Shown one piece after another: positions 50,681 to 63,830 of a stretch of 64,000 nucleotides of DNA. The number at the start of each line of letters is the position of its first letter. Position 1 is the first letter of the stretch. Below the pieces are notes generated by a model that saw only the letters and a program-made list of their open reading frames with translations, had not been told where the DNA came from and searched no databases. Source of the DNA: Lama glama (lineage: Eukaryota); the NCBI GenBank assembly GCA_028534125.1, contig CM052816.1, positions 20,834,001-20,898,000 of the forward strand, in the 5' to 3' direction. The position numbers and the translations under genes were made by a program.

Positions 50681-51883
50681 CTTCTCCCTCAGCCTCCAGG
50701 CCCTCCCAGACATCTCTGCACCCAGATCTCCAGTGCACCAGATCCCAGAGTGCTTCAGGCTGCGGAAACCACCCTTCCTATACAGTGCCTCCTTCCCAAG
50801 GAGCTGCACCATCGAGCTTCTCTCCCCTGCTCCTGCCCTGCAGTTCCCCTGGTTTAGAAGCCCTCAGGCCACCTGGGAATGCACTGAGAGGTAGGCCACC
50901 ACACTCAGGTACTTTGTGCTCCCTGGCTGTACTGTGGCAGCGTCAGGCTCCCCAAATGTTGTTTACTAATAAATCCCTGAGAATTTATAATAAAGTTGAT
51001 GGGGCCTAACTGATGGATCCAGGACAAAGGGAGCCAATTACCCGACAGTCTCTGCTATGATCTTAAAACAGATGTTTGAGTGTGTAAAATTATGGCTTGT
51101 GGTTGGGAACTGCAGATACAATTCCAACCTTCCCTTTTATTGCCACTCACAAATGTAAAATGCTGCGAGATCTACATCTGAAATTCCACGTCTGCCATTT
51201 TGTCCCATATCTCTGAAGCCAAGGCTACATGTGGAGTGGGTACCCTGGTAATTACTCTGCATCCCAGGGACATCTAGAAAAGCACTGGCACACAGTGCAG
51301 CAGCAGACAGGCCCCCAGGGCTCACCTCTGACCATCCTGGAGTATCAGTAATAGGGGGTCACCGTCCCTGCCCTCTGGAGTTTCTTACTTTAGGTGACTC
51401 AAACCTGCACCAGCAGACTGGCCCCTCCCACACTTCTAGAACCCAAATCAGCCCAATTCTTGGCACATTTATATGGGCCAACTAGGAAGGTGAAGTTCTT
51501 GCACATTTGGGTGTGATTAGTATTTAGGGTTATACCTGGTTCTCTGGAATTTCCCTAGGCCACCCACAGCAGGGACTCCAGCAAGCCCCCTACTGTGCAA
51601 CCAAAGTTGCTCACATAGCTCACATCCTGTGCCTCCTCACACAACTGCCCCTGGAGGATTGGAGGAAGAGGATGTGGAAAGAGGGGAGGGAGGAAGGAGG
51701 AGAAAAGGGGACCTGGGATAGTGGAGTTCCCCAAACCAGGACCCTCAACAACAGTTTCTTGGCACCTTTGTTCAAGCCCAGAGACCCTTCCGGACAGACC
51801 CGCTCCTGGGCCTGCCTGCTCACAGGACAACCCCAGACACCCTGAGCCAAACCACCCTGAGTGTGGAGGTCTCTGAGCGCAGC

Positions 51884-52159
51884 CAGTATGACTGACGTCC
51901 TTATGAAAACAGGGAATTTGGACAGAGACACACAGTTAGAGGGAAGACACAGGGTGAACGCCATCCATGAGCTAAGGAATGCCCAAGGCCACCCGAAGCC
52001 AGGAGGGAGGCACAGATTCTCTGCCACAGCTTCACAAGGAACCAACCCTGCCCACACCTTGACTTCAGACCTCTGACCCCCAGAACTATGAGAGTCATTC
52101 AGTTGTGTAAGCCCCCGGCATAAGGGGCTCTGTTACAGCAGCCCCAGGAGGCAAATACA
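51884..52159 (+). mobile_element. MLT1B/C-like LTR, 3' part
   Basis: atgactgacgtccttatgaaaacagggaatttggacagagac..aaggaaccaaccctgcccacaccttgacttcagac..gttacagcagcccc..aaataca. Confidence 0.85.
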
Positions 52160-55100
52160 CCCACTGTCACTGGGACACCAACAGGGCAGAAGCAGGCCCA
52201 CCAACATAGGCCTCCTCCAGGCCCTGCAAAGGTGTGCACATGGTCCCATGCTTTGCGTGAAGTTGTTAACTGGGCAATTTTAACACAAATCGGGCTGAAA
52301 AGAATCACCTGGTGGTTAACCACCACCAGGTACATCTATGAAATGAGAAGAGGCTCAAAAGTAGCATGAAGCAGGCATCACCAGAACCTGCACAGAAGCT
52401 CCTAAAAACACTGCATGGCTTGTTCCCCAAGAGTCCAGTGTGAGAAGAAAGCAAAAACACCAACCCACCTTTTCACCAGGAGAAGACAGCCACTGATGGC
52501 CATGAAGGTCCACTAGGAGTCGGGGGAGAGGGCCAAGCAGAAGAACACTGTCCTATGTCTACCTGTTCTCCAGCTGGGAACACCAACCATGACGCCCGAC
52601 ACCCCCACGTTCTCTCCAAGTTCCAGGGCAAGTGTTCCTCTTTCCCACTCACTTCAGAGAAAAGCTGAGGTCACCCACTTGCCAGGAGGCCAGGGAATGA
52701 CTTTGATCCCTGCAATTGAGTCGGGGAGAAATCTCAGCCAATCACACTTTATACTGGATGTTGAAAATTCGGGAGCGTGGGTGAACAAGGACAACAAATG
52801 GCCAGCATGTCCTCGAGTGAGCACCCCAGAGGCCCCTGGGGCCTAAGCCCCCCTCGCCATCTTCACCAAGCCACCAGCATCTTCACAAAGGCCTCTCCTC
52901 CTGCAGAGCCCCCAGCCCTCATCCTGTCACCCTCAATTCCCCCTGCCAGAAGGGCCAGGAGTGGGAAGAGGTGAGGGTTGTGAGAGAAAACACATCCCAG
53001 ACCATGTATTCTCCTTGTGGCTCACGGGATCCCCACCCTGAACTTGTGTGCGCCTTTCTTAACGTATGAGACTGTGTTTTTCCTAAAAAGCAGATTCCCT
53101 CCGATTCTACTCAGCACATGTCATCCCCCTTAACCACAGAGACCTGGCCACCCTCCTTAGTGAACCACCCAGCCCCAGGATCACTATCACTGTCTCCCAG
53201 AGACAGAGGCGCTCTGCCCCGGCCCCACAGCAGCCAACCACCTACTTAGCTTCACAGGGCTCCTCACCAGCCTCCCTGCTCCAGTCTTGCCTTCCTCACC
53301 CTTCCCCAGAAACAGCTGATCTCTCTACAATGCAAATCAGACAAACTGCTGTCCTCACTTTAAAACTTATCAGGGCTTATCAACACCCTCAGGAGAAAAT
53401 TAAGTCCCTTTTCATCTCATGTGAAAGATGCAAGGGCTTCAAGCCCCAGAAATTCCCTCCCCAAGTACTTTGGACCTCCCCCGGGATGCTGCTTGCATGG
53501 GTGCCAGGCATCAGCACAGGCCCAGAGGCTGGATTTGTAGCCACAGACCACTCCCCAGACCTGAGACACCTGTTGACCCACCTGGTCCTTTATCCTGCCT
53601 GTCCATGACCACACTCAGGCAAAGGTGCTTGGGGCCAAGGCATTGCAGGCTTGAGGGCCGGCTATCTCCATGCACACACCCAGGTGTCCTCAAGCTGCAT
53701 GGGACACGGTGAGGATGTGTTCCTCCTATGTCCTGTATCACCAGGTCAAATTCCAGCTTGCTTTATAGAACCTCTCATGGGTCCCTGTGGCCCTTCCTAT
53801 AATCTGACCTTTCTTACCCTCATCTCTGATGGAGTGTATTATCTTCAACTTCAAAAGGCCCTGAACTCCCATATAAAATGACTGCAAAATAGGGGCATGG
53901 GGAGGGGTATTTTATGTGACTCCACCCACTGGCCCCACCCCTTATGTCTGGCCACTATCTGCCAGCACTTCCACCCTGAGCCATTTGTTGATTTCTGCAC
54001 CTTCCGTCAAGCCCTCCCTCCGTCTAGGGCTCCCTGATCAAACCCTCTTTCTTCACTCACTTATGCAGCCACTACCCACTCACCTGTTACTTCTCAGCTC
54101 CCATCCTACCTTGTGTATTGATTGTCAATTATCTTTTCATTTCTAGTACATCTCCCCACCCCCGCAGTAGCTGAAGGGCTACCTACATTAAGACAGCTCT
54201 GGGCACTGCTGATATCTGCATCCCCAGGCCAGGGAAGAGCCCCATGGCTACTCAGAGAATGTTTGTGGAAGGGACCAAGGAGCCAACAAATGAAGTCCAG
54301 GCTCCTCACCTGTTGAAACCCCCGAGTCCCCTCAGGCGGCTGCCATGGCTGGGAGGTCTCCCACTACTGACAGCCTACTCTGGGAGGTGGGCACCATCAC
54401 AGCAGTGCCAGATTGTCAGGAACCATTTATTCTGTAAACTCAAATTAACAGGAAGCAATTTCATTAACAGATAGTGCTGCTTGATGAGTTCGTTCCAATT
54501 CAGGGCTTATTTTTAAAGTGTCCTTAAAAGCTGTGTGGAGCAGGCTAAGGAACTGAGTCTAATTTAATGGAAATTGTGTGACTTTATGTCTCACCTGGGA
54601 ACATCGAGATACTGAGGCCTTTCCCTGAACTGTGAGGACCCCTTGAAGCCAGATATTTCCTCCAGTTTGAGGAGGTGGGTAGACAGGGGTGTGCCGACCT
54701 GAAGGTGGGCTCTGGAGCCTGTGGGCCCAGTTCCAGAAGGGAACTCAGCTTAGCAAGTGGTTCTCCACCCTGGAGAAGCTCTCAGATTGGGAAAAAGACA
54801 CACAGAGAGAAAGAAATCACAGACTTACCTACCTTGTGAGGGCCCAGGAAACAGGACACCACGGAGATAAGCCAAAGGCCAGTCCTAAAGAACAGCCCCA
54901 CACACTGCTGACTACAACTCAGGGCAAGTCCATCTAGCCCAGTTCACCCCAGAGCCAGCGTAAACCAGATGTAGTATTCAGAGACACATAGTCCTGCAGT
55001 CACAAGTAGTCTCAGAGAAATTCCAAACTTGAGTCAGCATTTCCAAAGGAATGCTGCATTCGCATCTCCTCCTCCCCACAATTGTATTCAAGTCTCTCCC

Positions 55101-55187
55101 TTTATACCCTGGCCCACAACCACGTTCACCTTCAGCTGTTTATTATGTTAATCAACAGCCTCATGTGTTTCCCCTTTCCCTATTACC

Positions 55188-55348
55188 CAGGTTCTCTAGC
55201 GCCAGAACATCAATATCACCTGGGAACTTGATAGAAATGCAAATCTTTGGCCCCCACTACAGGTGAAATAAAAACTCTGAAGGTAGGCCCAGCAACCTGG
55301 ATTTTCACAAGCTCCCCAAGGTTTTTAGAGGCAGAGCTGAGCCACTGC
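55188..55348. mobile_element. MER5A DNA transposon
   Basis: atcacctgggaacttgatagaaatgcaaatctt..aaactctgaaggtaggcccagcaacctg..gagccactgc. Confidence 0.85.
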
Positions 55349-56236
55349 TTTACCTCAAAGGAGCCCAGGGGCTGATCCACAGTGGTCCTCCTCACCACTC
55401 TCTCCCCTGCCACTTGAGTTCAGTCTCTTGTACCCATTCTCCTGATTTGGCATTACAGAAATCCGGAAAACAAGCTGGCCAAGACAGAAGTCATAGAGGG
55501 TGGGCAATAGCAGGAGGCAGTCCTCTTTAAAGGGATGAGTGGAGAAGACCAAGGGTCCCCCATACACCAGGGAACCTTGTGTCTTTCATACCACTCAAAA
55601 CCGGGATATTTACCATAGGATAAGGAGAGGACACTCAACTAGCTGTCTGCAGGCTCACATTTACCTCAGTCTTTCTGAAGCTGCAGCAGAAGTCCAGGAT
55701 TCAGAGAGTCGTACAGCTGCTTCCTGGGACTCTCTATCCATAGCTGGAGACCCTACCCTCTACAGAGGTCAGTGCCAGCACCCTTCTGGGGCTACCAATG
55801 GGATCACACTGAATCAAGCCAAAAGGAGTGGTGGAGCCTCTGGCACTAGGTAGGGTGGATTCATGTGCAGTCTAGGGGCAAGAATCAACACTTCCTCCCC
55901 AACCCAGTAGCTAGTTACTATCTGTCCCAGGAGGAGGTCAGTGCCTCTCTGCTCCTTAGGCTGTACTCAACATTGTTCCTCAGGAATCTGGGCTATTGTC
56001 AAGATAAGGATAAAAAACTTTCCTCCACAGCCTGGGACTGCTTATACCTGGGTCAGCTGCTCCTTGCTCTGTTAGTGGGGCTTAAAAAGGCAAGTTACAT
56101 GCCTGGTGCTCACAATACCTTTATCCCTTGTCTTGAATGTCTTCTACATCCGTTATTTCATGTGATGAGCAGGACTGGTGTGATCACAGATGAAACTGAG
56201 GCCCCTAGAGGTTAAGTGTTTACAAGTCAAAAAGAT

Positions 56237-56346
56237 CAGCATCACCTGGGGAGCTTGTTAGAACTCTAGTCTCTCAAGCCCTTCCCTGACATATGGAATC
56301 AGAATCTGCCTTTTAGCAAGAGCCCCAGCTGAGTTTGAGCACTGGG
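56237..56346. mobile_element. MER5A fragment
   Basis: cagcatcacctggggagcttgttagaa..ggaatcagaatctgccttttagcaagagcccc. Confidence 0.75.
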
Positions 56347-56494
56347 CTCAGTACTTACCCAAAATCTGGGGTCAGTCCAATATTCTTTTATAACAAGTGA
56401 TACCACACCTTGAGTGGTAAGACCTTAGGGTTTACAGCACAAGTCCATAAAAGTCTCTGCTTTGTAGCTTGGGGCTTCCGTTAAACCACATTTG

Positions 56495-56639
56495 TCTTTT
56501 TTTTTTTTAAATATAATTTTTAAAGGTTACACTTCATTTACAGTTATTACAGAATATTGGCTATATTCCCCTTGTACAATACGTCCCTGTAGCCTGTCTT
56601 ACACCCAATAGTTTGTACCTCCCACTCCCCACCCCTATA
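56495..56639 (-). mobile_element. cetartiodactyl L1 3'-tail insertion
   Basis: poly(T) + ttaaaggttacacttcatttacagttattacagaatattggctatattcccc; TSD taaaccaca(t/c)ttg at 56482-56494 and 56640-56652. Confidence 0.8.
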
Positions 56640-57522
56640 TAAACCACACTTGCTTTGCTCTTACCTTCCCCGAAGGAGAAGAGATGGACGTCTGCATTCT
56701 CTGAAGTCTGGGACTCCCCATGGAGTAAAGACTGACCCCAGGCAAAGGAAGAGTGATGCCGCCCTCACGTGGCAGCTTTAACACTGCAGCTCACACACCA
56801 AATCAGAACTAGCTGGAGGAGGGCCATGGGATTCCTAGAGAGCCAGCTCTACCTCAAATCATGCTGTATGCAGAGCGATTGTTTTGGAGGGCAAAAAGCC
56901 CCATATTCTAGGCACATAGCTTCCCACAAGATTAACGTTCTTCAAAGTAGCTGGACTCAGGATTTCTGGCTTTGCCAACCACCTGCTCTGTGAGCTTTGC
57001 CTGCTTTGGCCCTTTCCTCATCCACAAAGTGGAGAGTTACATGTGATTTCAAGTATAGTTCTTATGTTGTTTTTTATTCACTGCAAATGTTGCACGTGTA
57101 TATTCAGGTATTCCATCCTTCACGCTGGCTGCATGGTGTAGTTGAGAACTAGGCAGAGTTCATCTTTCAGCTGAAGGGTGTAGGATGGACACGGACAGGA
57201 CCAGTCACAGAGCAAAGACCCCTCACTCAAGGGGCTTCCATAATTGTCTGATCTCTATCCCATGCAGCCCCCCTGGTCCTCAGGGCATTCTCACTTGTGT
57301 CCTAGAAGACTGCCCACTGGCATTGCTGAAAGCTACTTATCATTTGGGCCAACCTTTTCTGGAACATCTACTGATCCAGCTCATCCTCATAAATGCTTTG
57401 CTGGGATTTACATCTTGGAAGCTGAGCCATTGAGATGATTTTCCAAGTGTTTCCAGCTTTCTCTCCCCCAAGGATATAGCCGAGTCTTGACTGAACAGTA
57501 AACCAGTCTATTTTAAATGTTA

Positions 57523-57971
57523 CTCAGCCATAAAAAAAGAATAAAATAATGCCATTTGGAGCAACATGGATGGACCTAGAAATCGTCATTTTAAGTAAAG
57601 TAAGCCAGAAAGAGAAAGAAAATACCATATATCACTCATATGTGGAATCTTAAAGAAAAGGACACTGAACTCACCTACAAAACAGAAACAGACTCGCAGA
57701 TGTAGTAACAATCTTATGGTTACCGGGGAAAGAGGGTGGGAAGGGATAAATTTGGGGAGTTTGAGATTTACAAATGTTACCTACTACATATAAAAGTAGA
57801 TTTTAAAGTTTCTTCAGTATAGCCCAGGGAACTATGTTCATTATCTTGTAATAACCTTTAATGAGAGAATATGAAAATGAATGTATATGCATGACTAGGA
57901 CATTGTGCTGTACACCAGAAACTGACACATTGTAACTGATTGTACTTCAATTATAAAATAAAATAAAATAA
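57523..57971 (+). mobile_element. young L1 3'UTR insertion
   Basis: Same family as ~14515-14948; imperfect TSD attttaaatgtta/atttttaatgtta. Confidence 0.88.
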
Positions 57972-58001
57972 ATTTTTAATGTTAAAAGTACATGTAGAAA
58001 A

Positions 58002-58632
58002 TAGACTTACCGTATGATCCAGCAATCCCATTCCTGGGTATATACCTGGAGAAAATATAATTCAAAAAGACACATGCACCCCAAAGTTCACAGCAGCACT
58101 ACATACAATAGCCAAGACATGGAAGCAACCTCAATGTCCATCAACAGATGACTGGATAAAGATGTCATGTGTGTATGTGTACATATTAAGATAAGTGTGT
58201 GTGTGTGTGTATACAAATATATACAATGGAATACTACTCAGCCAGCCATAAAAAGGATAAAATGCCATTTGTAGCAACATAGATGGACTTGGAGATCGTC
58301 ATTCTAACTGAAGTAAGCCAGAAAGGAAGAAATGCCGTATGATATCGCTTATATGTAGAATTTTTTTTTTAAAAAGGACACAAATGAACTTATCTACAAA
58401 ACAGAAACAGACTCACAGACATAGAGAATAAACATGGTCACCAGGAGGTAGAGGATGGGAAGGGATAAATTCGGAATTCGAAAATTGCGCATCTTGGGGA
58501 GTGATGGAAATGTTATCTTGATTGTGGTGGTGGTTTCATGAGTGTATACATCAAAATTCATCAAACTGTACATCTGAAATATGCATAGTTTACAGTATAG
58601 GAACCATACCACAATAAAGGTGTTTTTAAAAA
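58002..58632 (+). mobile_element. composite L1: young camelid 3' fragment (to ~58488) fused to an ancient L1M 3' terminus
   Basis: tagacttaccgtatgatccagcaatccc..gggataaatt, then gtgatggaaatgttatcttgattgtggtggtggtttca..caataaagg + A run; 18-bp TSD-like flanks. Confidence 0.8.
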
Positions 58633-59079
58633 AAAAGTGCATGCAGAAAAAACAATGCCTATACCGGCTAAGGGTCTGCTTACTTATTAAGAGAAGTATT
58701 TTAAGTGCTTTCTCTCCCTCCATTGATCCAGGACTCCAAATCTTAAAAGTCCACCTGGCCTTCAAAGGATGTAAATACAGGCACAACTAATGGGAAAGAC
58801 CCAAAACACAGCTCTCCATGTTTTTTTATTATTATTCTTGTTGTCCTCGAACCTGGCAAATCCCAAGTTAGAAGTAAGTGCTTCCCTTATTCTCCCTCCC
58901 TGACCTTACAACATGTGTCAAAACTGGAGTGACAAAGTCAGGATTGGCCTGGCATTTGTTTATGGTTATTAGAGCTGGAAAGTATTCTGTCTTGTTCTCA
59001 CATCATCTGAGGTCTTCCCTTCCCTGATGCCCTAGAAATTTACTACCCCTCCTTTATCGTCCTGGAAGTGTTGCCCCTA

Positions 59080-59740
59080 CCACATCGCCATTTTTCCATT
59101 TTGCCTTCTAGCCTGCTGCTCAAGAGATCACCTCCTTCATGTCTACACTTAAGACATGTGCTCCAAATAGCAGTATCCAACTCAAAGAGAACCAAGGTAT
59201 TGAGGGTCAGAGCCCAGGGCTGCTTCAGCCACAGGCAAGGGAGAACTTCCCAGGCGAGGACTCCAGGTAACTGGTGGAAACTATCCCCATTTGCACACAG
59301 GACAGTGGGCCTAGGATGCTGCCCAACCTCCTTCCCCACATTGATCCCTCATTTCAACTAGACCAAGCTTCCTGTCCAAATAATCTCCACCTGCAGCATC
59401 ACTACACTCCCATGAAGCCCAGCTCCCATCCTTCTAAAGCATCCCCACAGCATCTAGCCCCGCTGGCCACTGCCACTTCTCAAACTTCCCTCCTCCCTCT
59501 CTGGCCACTCCTTGTTTCATTCAAAGCTTCCACTTCCTCTTCCTGACACAGCTAAACATGATCCTTCACTCCCAAACCAGGAATACAGTCTGACCCTCAA
59601 AGTTTCCTTCCACATCCAACTGTAGCTTCAGGATCTCTCAGTTCTATTTTGTACATCTTTCTAATCTTATCCAGACTCCTGCCAACATCTGCACTGACTC
59701 CTGCAGACTGGAAGGTCCACGCATATTATGTCCTCTATTC
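59080..59740 (+). mobile_element. degraded L2 fragments
   Basis: C/T-rich L2-like motifs (ctagaccaagcttcc.., cagactggaaggtcca). Confidence 0.4.
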
Positions 59741-61372
59741 TAAGTTTGAAACCTTGGAGCCATTCTTCTTAAAATACACTTCTAATTTTTCTAACATTAC
59801 AAAATTCCAAAATGCTTATTACAGATTATCTTAGAAAATACAAACAAGCAAAAATTTACAAACAGAAATCACCCACAATCCTACCTTGGGAAGAAACCAT
59901 TTCATTTTGAAACACCCACCAGTTTTTGATATTTATGCAAATATTTCATGTTCTTTCCAAATATAGGAAGTGGTGCATATTGTTTTACAACCTGAATTAT
60001 ATATAATTTTACCTTAGAAATGATGTTACAGCCACTAAAGAAAAACGACTGAAATTCATCAGGTATACAGAAGTCTTAACATCAAAAGCCCAATCTGTAA
60101 AATGTCATCAGGCCCCTGAAGCCTGGACTGAGTTGCCTTGTCATTAGCCCATCAAGGTTAACTTCCCCAACTTCCAAAAGCATCATTTTTAGTCACTTTG
60201 AATCTTCTGTCTTCCTCCAGTACCAAGACCTGCCATTTACCCCTTCATTTGGCTCATCCCCCTACCCGGCCCCACCTCAAACATGGATTATTTTAAAAGT
60301 CCCACTACCTCCAACTTCCCCCAGGCTCAACCACTCTGGACATATCATGAGCATCCCTAAAACATGCCACCTTCAGGCTAAAAAGCTCTAGCCCCCAGTG
60401 CTCCACACCAGGACCCCAAACTCTTAGCCCTACCACCTCTGACAGCACCCCCACAAAAACCACTTGAGGTGTTTGAAAAGCATCTCAAAGACCACTGGTC
60501 TGAAGCCTCTGCATAAATCCTCACCAGCTCCATGGGAGCTGTGAAGGAAGTTCTTCACTTTAAACTGAAGTTGTCCCACGGAAGAACCTTCACACTAGCT
60601 CCGGATTTGCCTCCAACACCCTCTTTTACAGTGATACCCAGGAACAGTGGTACCACTACTAGGTAAACAGAGCTGTTACTCTTTCCAGCTGACTCCCCAA
60701 CACCCCCATAAAATGGCTATACTCTTCATCACTAGTCGGCTGCGCCTAGGCCTCCCACTCATGTTACCAGATTTCCACTCTTCTCCCAAAGACAGAGGCC
60801 TTAGAAAAAAACCTTACTCCAGTCACTTCTCGAAGGTGGCTGGCACAAGCCCTGTTGGTGAGGCTGGCAGGTAAGCTAACACAGCCAGAGCATCAGGACT
60901 GTTAAGTGGCAAGCCTACAGGAAGGTACCTGACCCCTCCTCATCTAGGCCCCATACTTTGTATCATTAGGGTCTCTTCTGATGGCTTCACCCTCTTTCAC
61001 CACTCAGCACTACTCCACATATATACACCCACACCCCCACCACGTATCCACCAGTAGCAGCAGTTACTAGCACACTCTGAGCCCTATCCTGTTCCTTGAA
61101 GGGGCAAGCATCAGTCTTGGCGCTGGCCTTCATGGGGCCATAACCACCTCTTGCTATTCTCAAATCCCTGAAAGGGGCAGTCACAGGAGCAAGGGAAGGA
61201 TTCCAACATCAGAAAAGTGAGCGAAGACTCAACATGGGAGAATATGTATGGAAACAGAGCAACTTCTTACCACCCACTGTGCTGAGCCTGAAACGTTCCT
61301 CAGAATAGGGGTCTGACAGAAGTCAACAACCTGGAATTCAGCTAGAAGAACTCTTACTTCTCGAGAAAAGTT

Positions 61373-61378
61373 TTTATT
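61373..61378 (-). terminator. candidate most distal poly(A) signal AATAAA
   Basis: tttatt on plus strand; ggttgttgacttctgt downstream on minus strand. Confidence 0.55.
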
Positions 61379-61459
61379 GAAAACACACATACACACACAT
61401 ACACATCCTTCATTATGAAATTAAGAAAACCATTCCTTTGAGTGTAAGACAGATTTCTT

Positions 61460-61465
61460 TTTATT
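61460..61465 (-). terminator. candidate distal poly(A) signal AATAAA
   Basis: tttatt on plus strand; T/GT-rich sequence downstream on minus strand (tgtgtatgtgtgtgtatgtgtgttttc). Confidence 0.55.
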
Positions 61466-62840
61466 AATTTTTCCTAAACTTGTCTCATGTTTACTGAATG
61501 TTTTCTTTGTGTAAGAACGTAACCTGGAACTTTAACAAACCAATTTGGATAACGCAGCCTGGATAAATGCTTGCCTGCACACAAGTTATCAATTACCACT
61601 CTCTGGCCTGGCCTCCACATAAATTCAATTGGTCTTCAAGCCTGTCTAAACAGAGAGCAAGCAGACCACATCATCTTATTTCTCTTAAATTTTAAACCTC
61701 AAATTCACCCCCATCCCAACACCCTCACCCTCCCCAACACACACAAAAAAAGGTTTTAGAAGAATGGCCATTAAGGATTGAGTCAGTTACATAAGAATTG
61801 GCTTAATCCTGCAGCCAGCACTCCAAAATAGGTCTTGGCCTCACAGCGGGCCAGCTGGAACTCTTGAAGCAGGATAGGCAGAGAAAGGACAGAGGATGGT
61901 CTAAGAACAGGGCCAAGTCCCGGTGACGCAAGGCTTCCATGCATACTTACACACCAACAAAATTACACTTCCACCTTCCTCCTCTAAGCAATGTTTCTCT
62001 ATAGCACTTCAGAGCTTGTAAAACTCTGTACATCTTTTGGTGCAGAGATGGAAACATTCTAAATATTCAAGGTATAATCTTATTTCTAATAACATAGGCC
62101 AAAATTAACAGAGAAGCACTCTGCTATACAGATTAACAATCATTACAAAAGGTCCAAAATGTAACCAAAGCCTGTAACAGTTTCTAAGGCAGGTACCAGG
62201 TCTGGCCTCTACTACTACAGGATTCCCTTAGAGTTTCCAAAATGCCTCACTCCTATCAACACTGCCCAAAGGGCAAGTCACAGGGAATGCTTTGGTGCTC
62301 CTGACATTGGCTGCACAGTAAGAATGAGGTGTTGAAGTCCTGCACCACACTTTAACACTAATTTCAGACTCATCCAGTACAATCCAGTGTATCTTAGTTC
62401 TTTGTAGGATCTGTCAGCTAACACATACAAATCGGTGGAATTATGACAGATATTAACACTTAACACATAGATGATTGTGAATGAGCTAAAAAGAACTTTT
62501 AACTCTTGTCCTAGGACTTCAAGCTATACCTCAAATTTATACAGAACATCTCTCACCTGCATAAGTAGGCCAGGATACAAATCTTTACACCATAGTTAAC
62601 AAGAATCAATTCCTCAATTAAATTTACGATGCCTATACCCAACAATACATCTATCCAATTCTAATCTTCCGAGGAGAAAATTATTTAGACTTTGACGCTT
62701 GGGATATTAGTCAACAAACTTTTAAGAACATACATTCTCAGCAAGAGCCTCCAGGTCCAAAAACCTCAGTTAACAACTTGAAAGTAGAAAGGGTCTACTT
62801 TCCCGAGAGCAACACACATGGCATTTGTAACGGGAGTTCC

Positions 62841-62846
62841 TTTAAT
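62841..62846 (-). terminator. candidate proximal poly(A) signal ATTAAA of HSPA4
   Basis: ATTAAA ~575 nt after the stop, followed by a CA and GT-rich tgtgtgttgctctc downstream element. Confidence 0.6.
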
Positions 62847-63417
62847 TAGGGAAAGGGGGGAAAATAAGGGTGGGAGTCAAAGCAGAGTTTAGTGTGAAGA
62901 AGGTCAGAGCATACCTTTGTTGTTCTGTTAATCCATGCCATGCTCTAGCTCTCAGAAACAGAGGGAGACCCCTCTCCCATCCCCACACCAGGTGGGGAGC
63001 CTTTGTGGCAATCTCCACAGCAGATTTTTATAGCACAATTAGAGTTCCTGCCATATATGTCATAACAAAAAGTTTGCTTGATAGCTAGGTATAGCTTGTG
63101 CTATAGCTCAACTTTCTAAAACAAACTTCTCTTTGTATAAGCATGATTAAACATACAAGGAGTGAAGCATAAGCTCAGTAAGACTAACTGGGCTCCTAAA
63201 TAGTACCGTTATGAAAATGATACAATGCACTTCATTTCTGTATCTAACTATTTAGAAGTCAAAATGCTCCATACGTTACCTAATATCCCCTCCCCCCAAA
63301 ACCCCTAAAAACTGACTAAGAAATCTCCAGTATTTAATTGCTCTAGTTGATATTTAGAACAAAGTTGACAACTTAAAGCTTTATAATAGTCTGTTTTAAT
63401 ATAAACAATTGTTAGAA

Positions 63418-63621
63418 TCAATCAATGTCCATTTCAGGAAGCTTCTTGTCTGAATCAGAAGGCACAGCTGTGTCTGTACCCTGCTCAGCAGCCTGAGGGC
63501 CTGGGTTGTCTCCTTGGCCGTCCACTGGTCCATTCTGCTCTGCATTTTTTTGCTCCTCTTTTGGAGGCTCCACTTTGGGTTTGGGTTTTGAAATTATAGG
63601 ATTACACATACTCATCAGCTC
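63418..63621 (-). CDS. HSPA4: HSPA4 terminal coding exon incl. TGA stop
   Basis: [67 protein letters not shown], the characteristic HSPA4 C-terminus; acceptor ttctctcctgctgttctag (AG 63623-63622); in frame with the upstream exon. Confidence 0.97.
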   Translation of the reverse strand, partial: ELMSMCNPIISKPKPKVEPPKEEQKNAEQNGPVDGQGDNPGPQAAEQGTDTAVPSDSDKKLPEMDID

Positions 63622-63830
63622 CTAGAACAGCAGGAGAGAAAATTGTAGTTTCTTATAAAATAATAAATTTCACATGACATACTAAAACCCAAGTCCACCC
63701 TTTGCGCCCAATCCCCAAGCCGTTAGTTAAGTTGCAATAATGAAATTCTCTCCTAAATGTCATTTTAAGGACTGTTAATAATAAATAATGAGGCTGACAA
63801 GACCGTTGAATCTATAAAATTGTAAATTAC
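63622..63830 (-). other. HSPA4: last intron of HSPA4 (209 bp, GT-AG)
   Basis: GT at 63830-63829, polypyrimidine tract and AG at 63623-63622; removal joins K|E in frame. Confidence 0.93.

Larger units (their letters stand above)
61350..63417 (-). other. HSPA4: HSPA4 3'UTR (maximal extent; end inferred from poly(A) signals)
   Basis: Sequence after the stop codon with no recognisable interspersed repeat, ending near two AATAAA signals. Confidence 0.65.

Noticed and set aside
45000..56300. Many overlapping 60-170 aa ORFs in the GC-richer region
   Set aside because: No recognisable domains, no consistent splice structure, often overlapping MIR/L2/MLT; expected by chance.
63619..63624. NAGNAG tandem acceptor (TAG-GAG; also CAG-GAG at 63995-63990)
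   Set aside because: GAG is a very weak acceptor, and nothing indicates it is used.
63765..63830. ORF-track extension [21 protein letters not shown]
   Set aside because: Read-through into the intron past the GT donor at 63830.
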